A stretch of 63,483 bases of DNA, the filler included. It is 5 parts of 5 records of this genome, joined end to end, with 100 filler letters (N's around TTAATTAATTAA, not from the genome) between each part and the next. Parts side by side here need not be neighbours in the genome. Positions count along the whole stretch, not along the records: positions 48,535 to 57,823 come from DRR723986_10844; positions 57,924 to 63,483 come from DRR723986_10878; 3 more parts are not named here. The stretch is one strand, 5' to 3'. The translations under genes were made by a program, and so were the position numbers. The notes below the pieces were generated by a model, which worked only from the letters and a program-made list of their open reading frames with translations, ran no database searches and was not told where the DNA came from. Numbering within the stretch: position 1 is the stretch's first letter; every line of letters begins with the position of its first letter. Shown here in pieces: positions 50,006 through 59,730 of the stretch.

Positions 50006-50479
50006 ATGAGCAAAGAAACGGAATCTGTCTGGGATTACCCAAGGCCACCGCGACTGGAGCACTCGAGTGAACACGTCATCGTTACTCATCGGGGAGTCGT
50101 GGTCGCGGATACGACTCAGTCCATTCGAATTCTGGAAACCTCGCACCCGCCGACCTATTACCTACCGATGACGGATGTGAATCCCGATGTTCTTCAGGCG
50201 GTTGCCGGAACAACCTTCTGTGAATTCAAGGGCGTTGCCAGCTATGCCGACATCGTCGTTGCCGGGGATCGAATTCCCCGTGCGGCTTGGTGGTATGACA
50301 ACCCGACTCAAGGATTCGAAGACCTTAGCGGCTATCTTTCGCTGTACCCAGGGCGATTGGAGAGCTGCACTATTGATGGTGAAACAGTCACGGCTCAAGA
50401 GGGCGACTTTTATGGTGGTTGGATAACCTCCCGCATTACCGGGCCCTTCAAGGGTGCACCGGGAACATTGGGCTGGTAA
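50006..50479 (+). CDS. DUF427 domain protein
   Basis: ESVWDYPRPP, LETSHPPTYY, CEFKGVASY and FYGGWIT motifs. Confidence 0.9.
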   Translation: MSKETESVWDYPRPPRLEHSSEHVIVTHRGVVVADTTQSIRILETSHPPTYYLPMTDVNPDVLQAVAGTTFCEFKGVASYADIVVAGDRIPRAAWWYDNPTQGFEDLSGYLSLYPGRLESCTIDGETVTAQEGDFYGGWITSRITGPFKGAPGTLGW

Positions 50480-50498
50480 GACCTGCCAGAATAGGGCA

Positions 50499-50996
50499 GT
50501 GACCACTCTTCGCAGCCTCACCCTGGAGGATGTTCCCTCACTGGTGGCGATTAATAATTCCGGCGTGCCGGCCGTGCCCCCGTGTGACGAAGAGACAATG
50601 CGGCAACTCCTGGACCTCTCGAGCCTTGCCCTGGGCCTCATGGGTACTGACGGTGGCGAACTCCTGGGGTTCCTTTTGGCAATGGATTCAGGGCTCGATT
50701 ACGACAGCGAAAATTACCGGTTCTTTGAGCGCCATCACGACAACTATCTCTATATCGACCGGATTGTGTTATCCGATAATGCGCGAGGCCTCGGAGGCGG
50801 AACGACACTCTATGAGGCGGTGTTTGCGTGGGCCAAAGAAGCCGGGCGCGAGAGCATCACCTGTGAAGTCAATGTGGAGCCGCCTAACCCTGGCAGTCTG
50901 AGGTTTCATCGCAGGATGGGCTTTGAGGATGTCGATCAACAAGCCACCAAAGGTGGCTCTGTCGTGGTGCAACTACTTCAAGCACCTGTGGCGTAG
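50499..50996 (+). CDS. GNAT-family N-acetyltransferase
   Basis: YDSENYRFF, LYIDRIVL, ARGLGGG and CEVNVEPPNPGSLRFH motifs. Confidence 0.9.
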   Translation: MTTLRSLTLEDVPSLVAINNSGVPAVPPCDEETMRQLLDLSSLALGLMGTDGGELLGFLLAMDSGLDYDSENYRFFERHHDNYLYIDRIVLSDNARGLGGGTTLYEAVFAWAKEAGRESITCEVNVEPPNPGSLRFHRRMGFEDVDQQATKGGSVVVQLLQAPVA

Positions 50997-51007
50997 GAGA
51001 GTAACTC

Positions 51008-51835
51008 ATGGATTCACCAGGAACGCTGCCCACCTTGGCCATCGTTATCCCCGCGTATAACGAAGAGAAGACTATTAGGGCCTGTGTCTTGGCGGCACTG
51101 GGTCAGACCATTCCTGCTGATGACATCATCGTGGTCGATAACAAATCCACCGACGCCACCGACGTGATTTTGCGGGGTATGCAGAAAGAATTTCCCGATG
51201 CGCCGCTTCGGGTGTTGCATCAAGACGAGGCTCAGGGGATTACCCCCACGCGCAATATGGGATTCGATGCCGTGACGGCCGACATTATTGGGCGAATCGA
51301 CTCGGATTCTGTCTTGGAACCCAACTGGGTGGAAGAAACCAAAAAAGTATTTCTCGACCCCGCCATCGATGCTGCGACCGGACCGGTCATTTATTACGAC
51401 CTGCCCCTGCGTCGCTATATGGCTAAAGCTGATAACTCCGCCAGGAAAGCGATTTCACGCCTGGTCAAGCAGTATCACTTCCTCTTTGGCACCAACATGG
51501 CTCTTCGGCGCACTGCGTGGGAAGCAGTCCGAGACGACATCTGTTTAGACGCGGATCTTCATATGTTTGAAGATATTGATCTTTCGGTGCACCTTTTCGA
51601 TGACGGTTTCACCATCGTGTATTCCCCGACCATGGTGACCGGGATGTCGTCGCGGCGGGTAGATGATTCCCCCAAGGACTTCTTGTCCTACGTCAAGCGC
51701 TTTGACACAACCTATGACCACCACGGCTTACGCACCCGCCGCCTCCGGATTCCGCAGTGGGGTTATCTGGGTGTGTACCCCCTGGCCAAAGGCCTTCGCT
51801 GGAGCATGAAACTGCGGGAGAACTCAAGGCTCTAG
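51008..51835 (+). CDS. glycosyltransferase family 2
   Basis: IVIPAYNEE, VVDNKSTD, RIDSD and FEDID motifs. Confidence 0.9.
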   Translation: MDSPGTLPTLAIVIPAYNEEKTIRACVLAALGQTIPADDIIVVDNKSTDATDVILRGMQKEFPDAPLRVLHQDEAQGITPTRNMGFDAVTADIIGRIDSDSVLEPNWVEETKKVFLDPAIDAATGPVIYYDLPLRRYMAKADNSARKAISRLVKQYHFLFGTNMALRRTAWEAVRDDICLDADLHMFEDIDLSVHLFDDGFTIVYSPTMVTGMSSRRVDDSPKDFLSYVKRFDTTYDHHGLRTRRLRIPQWGYLGVYPLAKGLRWSMKLRENSRL

Positions 51836-51845
51836 ACTGTTGTGT

Positions 51846-51936
51846 GTACACGGGAGTCCGTATCGCTCGGACTGAGAGGGAACCGCGAGGTTTCGACCGT
51901 CGAACCTGATCTGGGTCATGCCAGCGAAGGGAGGAC
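51846..51936 (+). ncRNA. TPP riboswitch
   Basis: Consensus elements GGGAG...CTGAGA...GACCGTCGAACCTGATCTGGGTCATGCCAGCGAAGGGA, upstream of a YkoE-type S component. Confidence 0.95.
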
Positions 51937-51984
51937 ATCTCTATCCCGTGCCCTATCCAACAACAGTTGAGGAAAGGCACGACA

Positions 51985-52548
51985 ATGAATACACCAGTTA
52001 ACCGTTTTGCTTGGCGCCCACGAGATATTGTTCTCGCCAGCGTCGTCGGCGTTGTTTCTGGGGGCATTTTTGCCCTGTGGAACATCGCCAATGCACCCAT
52101 CTTGGAACCTTTAGGCGCACTCTTGCCTGGTTTCCAAGCCCTTGGCCACGGCGTGTGGCTGCTGGGTGGGTTGCTCACCGCGCTGATTGTGCGTCGCCCC
52201 GGTGCCGCGCTTTACGGTGAGGTTCTCGCCGCCACCGTATCGGCTCTGATTGGCACCCAGTGGGGTGTGATGACCCTGGTCTATGGCGTAGTTCAAGGGC
52301 TAGGAGCTGAAATCGTGTTTGCCCTCCTGGCGTATCGCGTCTGGAACGCAGCGGCGGCTATTGCCGCGGGTGCCGTTTCGGCAGCGGCTATGGCGACTCT
52401 GGATCTCACCCTCTATTACGCGGGTGCAGGAACAGGATTCTTCACCATCTATGCCATCTCGTCTGTAGTGTCCGGAGCGCTTTTGGCCGGACTCGGCAGT
52501 GTGGGAATCCGCCAGGGCTTGGTCAGGGCGGGTGCGCTACGAGCCTAA
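51985..52548 (+). CDS. ECF transporter S component (YkoE-like, thiamine/HMP)
   Basis: WRPRDIVLAS, RRPGAALYGE and QGLGAE motifs; about 6 TM; TPP riboswitch upstream. Confidence 0.9.
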   Translation: MNTPVNRFAWRPRDIVLASVVGVVSGGIFALWNIANAPILEPLGALLPGFQALGHGVWLLGGLLTALIVRRPGAALYGEVLAATVSALIGTQWGVMTLVYGVVQGLGAEIVFALLAYRVWNAAAAIAAGAVSAAAMATLDLTLYYAGAGTGFFTIYAISSVVSGALLAGLGSVGIRQGLVRAGALRA

Positions 52549-52571
52549 CAACGAGCAACGGTGCCGCTTCG

Positions 52572-54695
52572 GTGAAAGCCACTGAGTTTGGGTGGACTTT
52601 CCCCGGGCGGCATCGTCGCGCCCTGAGTGACATCGCGCTGAGTATCGAACCTGGCCAGCGAGTCCTCGTATTAGGTGCCTCCGGCTCGGGCAAGACCACC
52701 TTCGGTCTTGCCCTGGCCGGTTTGCTCCAGAGTCCTGATGACGGTGTGAGCACCGGATCCCTAAAAGTATCGGGATCCAGTCGCGTGGGACTCGTGCTGC
52801 AACAACCCGAAGACCAAACCGTCATGTCCAGGCTCCATGACGATGTTGCGTTTGGCTTAGAAAACACCGGGGTTGATCCAGCCTCGATGCAGCCCTTGAT
52901 TGATCAGGCGCTGAGTGATGTCTCAATCGACATGCCGGGGGATCACCCCACCCGGCACCTCTCTGGCGGTCAGCGCCAACGGGTCACACTGGCAGGCGCC
53001 CTAGCGATGACACCGGGCTTATTGGTTCTTGATGAACCCACTAGCGCGCTGGACCCTGACGGTGTTCGCGAGGTCATCTCTGCGGTAAGCGACCTAGCCC
53101 ATGATCGAAGCACCACGCTGGTAATTATTGACCACACCCCGTCGCACTGGTGGGGTCTTATCGATACGGTTATCACGCTTGCTGATGGGCACGTGGTTTC
53201 GATAACCCAGGCGCCACAGAGCGCCGAGGTCCCGCAGGAGCGAAAGGCACCACGTGCCGTTGTCTCACAGGGTCTGCAAACTGACGAATCTTCCCCTGAT
53301 GCCCTTGTCGCCGATGACGTGATCACCAGCAGGGATGGGACTACGCCTCTGGGCGATGCCCATTGCCTGCATGTGAACCCCGGCGAAATCCTTGCCATTA
53401 CCGGCCCTAATGGTTCTGGCAAGACAACACTGGCGATGACTCTTGCTGGAGTACTGCGCCCTCATGCGGGCAGCGTGACCTGGGGCCGTGACCTGCATGA
53501 CGCCACCTCGAAAGAGCTTGCCGAGATAGTGGGCGTCGTTCCTCAAAATCCGGCACACCTTTTTAGGGCCTCTCGGGTGGACGCAGAAATTGCGAGTGTG
53601 GTCGGTGCGGCACGCGCCGAGCGTGTTTTACAAGAGTGGGGGCTTTCGGGTCTGGCGAATGCGCACCCACTGAGCTTGAGCGGTGGGGAGAAACGTCGAC
53701 TCGGGTTGGCTGTGGCCACGGCGGCTTCGCTAAAACTATTAGTTCTTGATGAACCCAGCCAATCCTTGGATGATGCCTCCTGGCACCTTCTGATCTCCCA
53801 GATACGCGCCCTCCAGCAATCCGGGGTAGCCATTGTGATGGCCACACACGACCTTGCCTTGGTCGAAGCTCTGCAGGCTCGCAGCTATGAACTGACCCGT
53901 GTTGAGGCGGACTCTGTCCCCCCACCCGCGGCGGCCTCGCCATCGCCGCTTGCTCGTGCCAACCCGCTGGCTCTCGTGGCTGCCGCACTCATGCCAGCGG
54001 TGGCGTTGCTTTCCACCCTGGATGTGGTTTCTGCCTCCGTTGCGCTGGGGTGTGTGGCCTTGTTGATGATCGTGATGCGACCGCACATTCCCCAATGGGG
54101 TGTGCGCTTGGCTCCGATTGGGCTAGCAGCTCTCTTATCCGGCGTGACCATTGCCCTGTATGGGCAAAGCTCTGGTGAGGTGTTGTGGGCGTGGTGGCTG
54201 GTCAGCATTTCCCAGGGTTCTCTGACTCTTGCTCTGGCCACCACCCTGCGCATTCTGGCGATCGGCGTCCCCGCCGTTGTGGTTCTTTCCCGAGTGGATG
54301 CCACCCGTTTTGCCGATGCGCTCACACAGCAAGCGAAAGCGCCAGAAAATTTCGTCCTGGGTGCGCTGGCTGCCCTTCGCTTACTCGATGTGGTGAGTTC
54401 CGATCGTGAAATTCGAGGCTGGATGATGCGTGCCAGGGGTGTCGGCGATGGTTCTGCACTGCGTCATGCTGTGGGCACCGTGGTGGGGATCTTGGTCAGT
54501 GCGCTCTCGCGTTCCGAAACGCTGGCCCTCGCGATGCAGGCCCGCGGCTTTGCTGCTCAGCGCACCCGAACTCACTATCGCCAGTCTCGATGGACCCTCA
54601 GCGACACCTGGTGGGTCATTGGCGGTGCTGCTATTGGTGTTCTTTCCCTATTCGTCGCGGTGGTGACAGGAGCGTTTAATGCCGTCCTTGCCTAA
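52572..54695 (+). CDS. ECF double ATPase fused to transmembrane T component (YkoD-YkoC-like fusion)
   Basis: Two ABC domains (GASGSGKT/LSGGQ and GPNGSGKT/LSGGE), then TM helices and the motifs RARG and AMQARGF. Confidence 0.88.
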   Translation: MKATEFGWTFPGRHRRALSDIALSIEPGQRVLVLGASGSGKTTFGLALAGLLQSPDDGVSTGSLKVSGSSRVGLVLQQPEDQTVMSRLHDDVAFGLENTGVDPASMQPLIDQALSDVSIDMPGDHPTRHLSGGQRQRVTLAGALAMTPGLLVLDEPTSALDPDGVREVISAVSDLAHDRSTTLVIIDHTPSHWWGLIDTVITLADGHVVSITQAPQSAEVPQERKAPRAVVSQGLQTDESSPDALVADDVITSRDGTTPLGDAHCLHVNPGEILAITGPNGSGKTTLAMTLAGVLRPHAGSVTWGRDLHDATSKELAEIVGVVPQNPAHLFRASRVDAEIASVVGAARAERVLQEWGLSGLANAHPLSLSGGEKRRLGLAVATAASLKLLVLDEPSQSLDDASWHLLISQIRALQQSGVAIVMATHDLALVEALQARSYELTRVEADSVPPPAAASPSPLARANPLALVAAALMPAVALLSTLDVVSASVALGCVALLMIVMRPHIPQWGVRLAPIGLAALLSGVTIALYGQSSGEVLWAWWLVSISQGSLTLALATTLRILAIGVPAVVVLSRVDATRFADALTQQAKAPENFVLGALAALRLLDVVSSDREIRGWMMRARGVGDGSALRHAVGTVVGILVSALSRSETLALAMQARGFAAQRTRTHYRQSRWTLSDTWWVIGGAAIGVLSLFVAVVTGAFNAVLA

Positions 54696-55191
54696 GCCCA
54701 CCATTACGTTGATCGATGGCCGATCCGGTGCGGGTAAAACTCACTACGCGGCTTCGCTAGCGAGCGCCCGTGGCGCGCAGGTAGTGAGCCTGGATGAGGT
54801 GTATCCCGGGTGGGATGGGTTAGACGCTGGCAGCTGGCATATCTACACACAGGTTCTGCTTCCGATTTCTCAGGGACTACCTGCTCGCTACCAACGCTGG
54901 GATTGGGCTACCCACTCACCGGGTGAGTGGGTCACGATTGCGCACGACACCGAGTTAATCGTGGAAGGTTGTGGCGCCATTCGCCGGGAGGCACTACCCC
55001 TTGCCAGCGTGAGTGTCTATTTAGATGCTCCTGAGCAGGTGCGACACGAGCGCGCTGTACAACGCGACGGGGAGCGCTTTGAGGCACAGTGGCAACGATG
55101 GGCGTTGCAAGAACAACGCTTTCTGATGATTCACCACAGCGATCGCATCGCTGACACAGTGGAAAAAATTGGGGTGAGTAACGGGGCTTGA
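54679..55191 (+). CDS. P-loop kinase (uridine-kinase-like)
   Basis: LIDGRSGAGKT, LDEVYPGWDGL, LIVEGCGA and RAVQRDG motifs. Confidence 0.8.
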   Translation: MPSLPKPTITLIDGRSGAGKTHYAASLASARGAQVVSLDEVYPGWDGLDAGSWHIYTQVLLPISQGLPARYQRWDWATHSPGEWVTIAHDTELIVEGCGAIRREALPLASVSVYLDAPEQVRHERAVQRDGERFEAQWQRWALQEQRFLMIHHSDRIADTVEKIGVSNGA

Positions 55192-55245
55192 ACCCGCGGC
55201 CTCCTGGACCACAACCAGGCGCTCTACCAACTGAGCTATACCCAC
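55170..55245 (-). tRNA. tRNA-His (GTG)
   Basis: Cloverleaf with GTGGGTA/TACTCAC acceptor stem, AGCTCAGTTGGTAGAGC D arm, TTGTGGT anticodon loop, GTTCAAG T loop, C discriminator and encoded CCA; G-1 at 55246. Confidence 0.97.
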
Positions 55246-55282
55246 CATGGTTATCTCGCGTGCAGATAACTCTCCCAGTGTA

Positions 55283-55906
55283 TTACAGGTGTTCGGCCCA
55301 TTCGTCAGTTATGGACTCTCGAATCTTTTTTACCGCTGTTGTTTCGGGTCCCGGCGCATCGACGAAGACAGCCTGACGGTAATAAGCAAGTTCGCGGATG
55401 GATTCGAGAATGTCGGCTAAAGCTCGGTGCCCACCGTTCTTATCGGGGGAGTGGAAGTAGGACTTGGGGTACCAGTGCTTGGACAGTTCTTTCACCGTAG
55501 AGACATCAATGTTGCGGTAGTGAAGGTGCTCATGGAGCAGTGGTAACTCTTTTTGAAGGAACATGCGATCGGTTCCCACGGTATTACCGGCCAAAGGAGC
55601 CACGCCCGCTTCGGGCACATATTCCTTCACGTAGTCCAGGAGCACACTTTGGGCTTCCTCCAGGCTCATGCCCGAATCTAATTCGGTGATGAGTCCACTG
55701 GTCGTGTGCATATCGCGAACAAAATCTCCCATGGAATCCAGTGCTGCCTGAGGAGGCTTGATGACTAGGTCCACTCCGGGGTGGAGGACGTTGAGGTCAT
55801 AGTCGGTGATAACCACCGCAACCTCGACGAGCACATCGACTTCAGGGTTGAGTCCCGTCATTTCGCAATCGATCCACACCAAACGGTCATTACTGGGAGA
55901 TGCCAT
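55283..55906 (-). CDS. orn: oligoribonuclease
   Basis: LVWIDCEMTGL, MHTTSGL, LHYRNIDVSTVKEL and HRALADILESI motifs. Confidence 0.97.
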   Translation of the reverse strand: MASPSNDRLVWIDCEMTGLNPEVDVLVEVAVVITDYDLNVLHPGVDLVIKPPQAALDSMGDFVRDMHTTSGLITELDSGMSLEEAQSVLLDYVKEYVPEAGVAPLAGNTVGTDRMFLQKELPLLHEHLHYRNIDVSTVKELSKHWYPKSYFHSPDKNGGHRALADILESIRELAYYRQAVFVDAPGPETTAVKKIRESITDEWAEHL

Positions 55907-56072
55907 TGGGGCAGTCTAGCGTTTGCCTCCCACATCCTGGCGGTGAGCAGCAGCCCCATTGTCGATTTCATATAGCTGCCTCTTAGATTTTTCACCGGGG
56001 GATATCAGCTGGTGCCAAGACAGTGGCTGACATACTGGCTACGTTGATTTTCCCCACCAGAGAGACATATCT

Positions 56073-57359
56073 GTGAAGACTCGAACTAAGGTCATAATCG
56101 GCGTAGTCGCCGCTGTCGCTGTCATCGGCGCCGGAGCCGGTATCGCCGCAAGTTTTGCCCCGTCCACCGAGGGCACCTTCCTGACCGAGGAAGTTCAGAT
56201 CAGAGACGTTGACGTGACGGTTGCCGCGTCGGGTTCGGTGAGCCCGAGCAAAGAGCTGGGTCTTCAGTTCCCTGCGGCCGCCACCGCTACGTTGGAAACC
56301 CTCTTGGTGTCTGTGGGAGACACGGTGAGCGAGGGGCAGGTTCTCGCAAGCCTCAACACGAGTTCTCTCCAGGCCGCCGTTGTCGCTGCCGAAGCGTCTG
56401 TTGCCTCAGCCCTGTCTGCGGTAGCTAATGCCGAAACCTCGGGTGACTCAGCCAGGCAAGCCATTTCGGCTGCCGATCAAGCGATTACCGCTGCTGATTT
56501 AGCCATTGAAAATGTGGTGGATCAGTACCCCTCCACGGCATACCCTCAGCCCAACGACCACATAGCGTTACTCCAAGCGCAAAAGCAGAAAGTTACGGCA
56601 GAGGCTTCGTTGGAGACGGCGAGGCGTCAGCTTGAGGCTTATGTCCCCTTGAAAGCCTCTGCTCAGGCTTCTCTGCGATCAGCTCAGGCATCCCTGGACT
56701 CCGCGAACGTCAACCTAGCCAATGCCACCATGACGGCACCCTTTGCGGGCACCATCGTGGCCATTGCCTCGGAACTTGGCGAGCCTATTGGGACTACGTC
56801 TGTGGGCACGCAGGGGACCTCTGGATTTATTGTCTTAGCCGCGATCGATGAGTTCGTTGTTCAGGCTGATTTTGCGGAATCCGAAGTGGTGGGCATCACC
56901 GAAGGCCAGTCAGTGCGACTGGAATTTGATGCTATTCCTGATGAAGTTCGCGACGGGATAGTGACCGAAGTGGCGCTTTTTGGAAGCGTGGATCTCACGG
57001 GATCCTCCCTGACTACCTACGAAGTCACCATTAGCGTTCCCAATGCTCCTCAGGGATTGCGTGCAGGAATGACCGCCCAAGCAAGTATCACCACTGAAGA
57101 GCGCCTCGGCGTCGTCGCAGCACCAGTCACCGCTCTGATCGAACAGGGCGATGGCTACATCGTTCAGGTGGAAGATGCTGAGGGCGCTATTCGCTCCCTC
57201 CCGGTAGAAATTGGGATTCGCGGTGGCTACTACGTGGAGATCATTTCTGGCCTCGAGGCTGGCGATCGGGTTGTGACTGGCTCTGATGGAACGCTTCCCG
57301 CCACTGGCGCCGGCGGCTTTGGGGGACCCCCTGAGGGCGTGAGTGACGACAATGGCTGA
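56073..57359 (+). CDS. MacA-like periplasmic adaptor (membrane fusion protein)
   Basis: TM anchor, VSVGDTVSEGQVLA, coiled coil, APFAGTI, LRAGMTA and EIISGLEAGDRVV. Confidence 0.9.
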   Translation: MKTRTKVIIGVVAAVAVIGAGAGIAASFAPSTEGTFLTEEVQIRDVDVTVAASGSVSPSKELGLQFPAAATATLETLLVSVGDTVSEGQVLASLNTSSLQAAVVAAEASVASALSAVANAETSGDSARQAISAADQAITAADLAIENVVDQYPSTAYPQPNDHIALLQAQKQKVTAEASLETARRQLEAYVPLKASAQASLRSAQASLDSANVNLANATMTAPFAGTIVAIASELGEPIGTTSVGTQGTSGFIVLAAIDEFVVQADFAESEVVGITEGQSVRLEFDAIPDEVRDGIVTEVALFGSVDLTGSSLTTYEVTISVPNAPQGLRAGMTAQASITTEERLGVVAAPVTALIEQGDGYIVQVEDAEGAIRSLPVEIGIRGGYYVEIISGLEAGDRVVTGSDGTLPATGAGGFGGPPEGVSDDNG

Positions 57360-57823
57360 TCTCGTTGTTGAGCTCAACAACGTTCGACGCGAGTACCAAA
57401 CCGGTGAGGTTCCCACTGTCGCGTTAGCGGGAGTGAGCCTGAAGGTAGAGCGTGGTGAATTTGTTGCCATCGTGGGCCCCTCTGGTTCTGGTAAATCGAC
57501 GCTGATGAACCTGATCGGCTGTTTGGACCGTCCCACCGCGGGTAGCGTCAAGATTTCGGGTAAAGATATCTCCACTCTGGATGACAACGAATTGACTGCG
57601 TTGCGCTCCAAGGCCATCGGGTTCGTGTTTCAACAGTTTCAGCTTTTGCCCTTGACTTCGGCCGTGGACAATGTTGCTACCCCGCTGTTGTATCAGGGCC
57701 TACGGCCCGCTGAAGCGCGTCGCCGTGCTGCTGCAATGCTGTCTCGCTTAGGGCTGGGGGACCGGCTTGATTTTGACCGCGGCCGACTCTCGGGTGGTCA
57801 ACAACAGCGGGTGGCGATTTCTC
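57352..57823 (+). CDS. MacB/LolD-like ABC ATP-binding protein (3'-truncated)
   Basis: GPSGSGKSTL, IGFVFQQFQLL and LSGGQQQRVAI motifs. Confidence 0.92.
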
Positions 57824-57923
57824 NNNNNNNNNNNNNNNNNNNNNNNNNNNNNNNNNNNNNNNNNNNNTTAATTAATTAANNNNNNNNNNNNNNNNNNNNN
57901 NNNNNNNNNNNNNNNNNNNNNNN
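57824..57923. other. artificial contig spacer
   Basis: N44-TTAATTAATTAA-N44. Confidence 0.99.
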
Positions 57924-59174
57924 AAGTTTTTGCGCTTCTTTCAACCTGTTTTCGGTCTGAGAGGCCGGACGCAGGGCACCAGAGAGGCTAATCTCGCCAA
58001 AAACCACGGTTTCTGCGGGCAGGGCCACGTCTTCTCTGGCACTGAGGAGCGCGGCAGCGACGGCCAGATCTGCTGCAGGTTCCGAGATTTTCATGCCGCC
58101 TGCCACGTTAAGGTACACATCCAGCCCCGCAAACGGAATGCCGCATCGCGCCTCAAGCACCGCAAGGATCATTGCGAGCCGCCCCGAATCCCAGCCCACA
58201 ACCGTGCGCCGCGCTTGTGAATGCGGTGAGGGGGCGACCAACGCCTGAAGCTCCACCAACACGGGCCGCGTGCCTTCGATGCCCGCAAACACCACTGATC
58301 CGGCAGCAGGTTGCCCGCGTTCACTGAGGAAAAGCGCCGAGGGGTTGGTCACTTCGGACAATCCGCGCCCGGTCATTTCAAACACGCCAATTTCGTCAGC
58401 GGGACCAAAGCGGTTTTTTACGCTGCGCAGGATACGGAACTGATGGCCGCGCTCACCTTCGAAATAGAGTACGGTATCGACCATATGTTCGACCACACGG
58501 GGGCCTGCGATCTGGCCCTCTTTAGTGACGTGACCCACCAAAATGACCGAGGTGCCGGTGCGTTTGGCAAACGCGGTCAACTCATGGCTGGCGGCGCGGA
58601 CCTGGCTGACCGATCCCGGCGCGCTTTCGACGTTGTCGGCCCACATGGTTTGAATGGAATCGATGATCGCCAATTGCGGGCGCTCTGCGTCCAGCGTCGT
58701 CAGGATATCGCGCAGGTTGGTTTCGGCGGCCAGTTTCACCGGCGCATCGGCAAGGCCAAGGCGCTGCGCACGCATCCGCACCTGTGCGCTGGCCTCTTCG
58801 CCGCTGACATAGATGGTCTTGATGCCGTTTTTGGCAAAATGCGCCGCGGCCTGCAAAAGCAGGGTGGATTTGCCGATGCCCGGATCGCCGCCCACCAGAA
58901 TGGCCGAGGCAGGAACCAGCCCGCCACCCAATACGCGGTCCAGTTCGGCAATGCCGGAATGGCTGCGCTGCGGGGGTGCCTCTTCGGTGGCCAGATCCGT
59001 CAATTCCAGGGAGGAACCGCGCCGTGCGCCCAGCGATTTGCTGGGCGGTCCGGCAGAGATGCCTTTGTCTTCTTGAATGGTGTTCCACTCGCCGCAGCCG
59101 TCACAGCGCCCGGACCATTTGTTGAAACTGGCCCCGCAAGCGGTGCAGGAGAATGTCTTGCTCGATTTTGCCAT
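57924..59174 (-). CDS. radA: DNA repair protein RadA/Sms (3'-truncated)
   Basis: C4 zinc finger, GDPGIGKST, KNRFG and a Lon-like C-terminus. Confidence 0.98.
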
Positions 59175-59233
59175 ATCGTCTTGTGGCGGAGGTCATGCGC
59201 AGGGTCAAAGAAAAACCGCAGGGGCAGCGTGGA

Positions 59234-59689
59234 TCAATTGGCGGAGGCGGATTTTGCCAACAGGGTCTGGGTGCGCCAGGAGATCAGCAACGAGGCCAGT
59301 ATGCAGGCGGTGAACAGATACAGCCCCCATGCGGTTTCAATGCGGCCCAGCCCGATACCCTTGGTGAGCGTGATGTAAAGCGCGATCAGAAACACATCCG
59401 CCATCGCCAGTTTGCCCAGCACATGCAGCGCGGGCAGGCTGCGATTACTCAGCCATCCGAACTGCACAAGTGCGAGGCCTATTGTCTTGAGATATGGTGC
59501 AAAAAGCGCAAACACGGTCACCAGCAAGGCCAGAAAAATGTCGGAGGCCCAAAGCGATTGCAGCCCCGTCAGAACCGAGATTTCACTCAGCGAAAACAGC
59601 GGCAGTAAGCCTGCCCGCATCAAAGGGGCAGTCCAAGCAATGGGGTAAAGGACCAGCAAGGACAGGTTGAGGAATTTCAAAAGTGCCAT
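59234..59689 (-). CDS. paraquat-inducible protein A (PqiA)-like membrane protein
   Basis: Four TM segments; FAPYLK and LGKLAMADVFLIAL motifs. Confidence 0.8.
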   Translation of the reverse strand: MALLKFLNLSLLVLYPIAWTAPLMRAGLLPLFSLSEISVLTGLQSLWASDIFLALLVTVFALFAPYLKTIGLALVQFGWLSNRSLPALHVLGKLAMADVFLIALYITLTKGIGLGRIETAWGLYLFTACILASLLISWRTQTLLAKSASAN

Positions 59690-59730
59690 GGCAGAACAAA
59701 CCCTTTGGCACTGTGGCCGCGCCCGTGATG

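Noticed and set aside
55021-55248. 75-aa minus-strand ORF
   Set aside because: A translation of the tRNA-His gene plus the antisense strand of the kinase gene
21473-57923. Apparent juxtaposition of Planctomycete, alphaproteobacterial and actinobacterial genes, and the recurring TTAATTAATTAA motif
   Set aside because: The four identical N44-TTAATTAATTAA-N44 blocks are artificial contig linkers with stops in all frames. No biological linkage, horizontal transfer or repeat family can be inferred across them.
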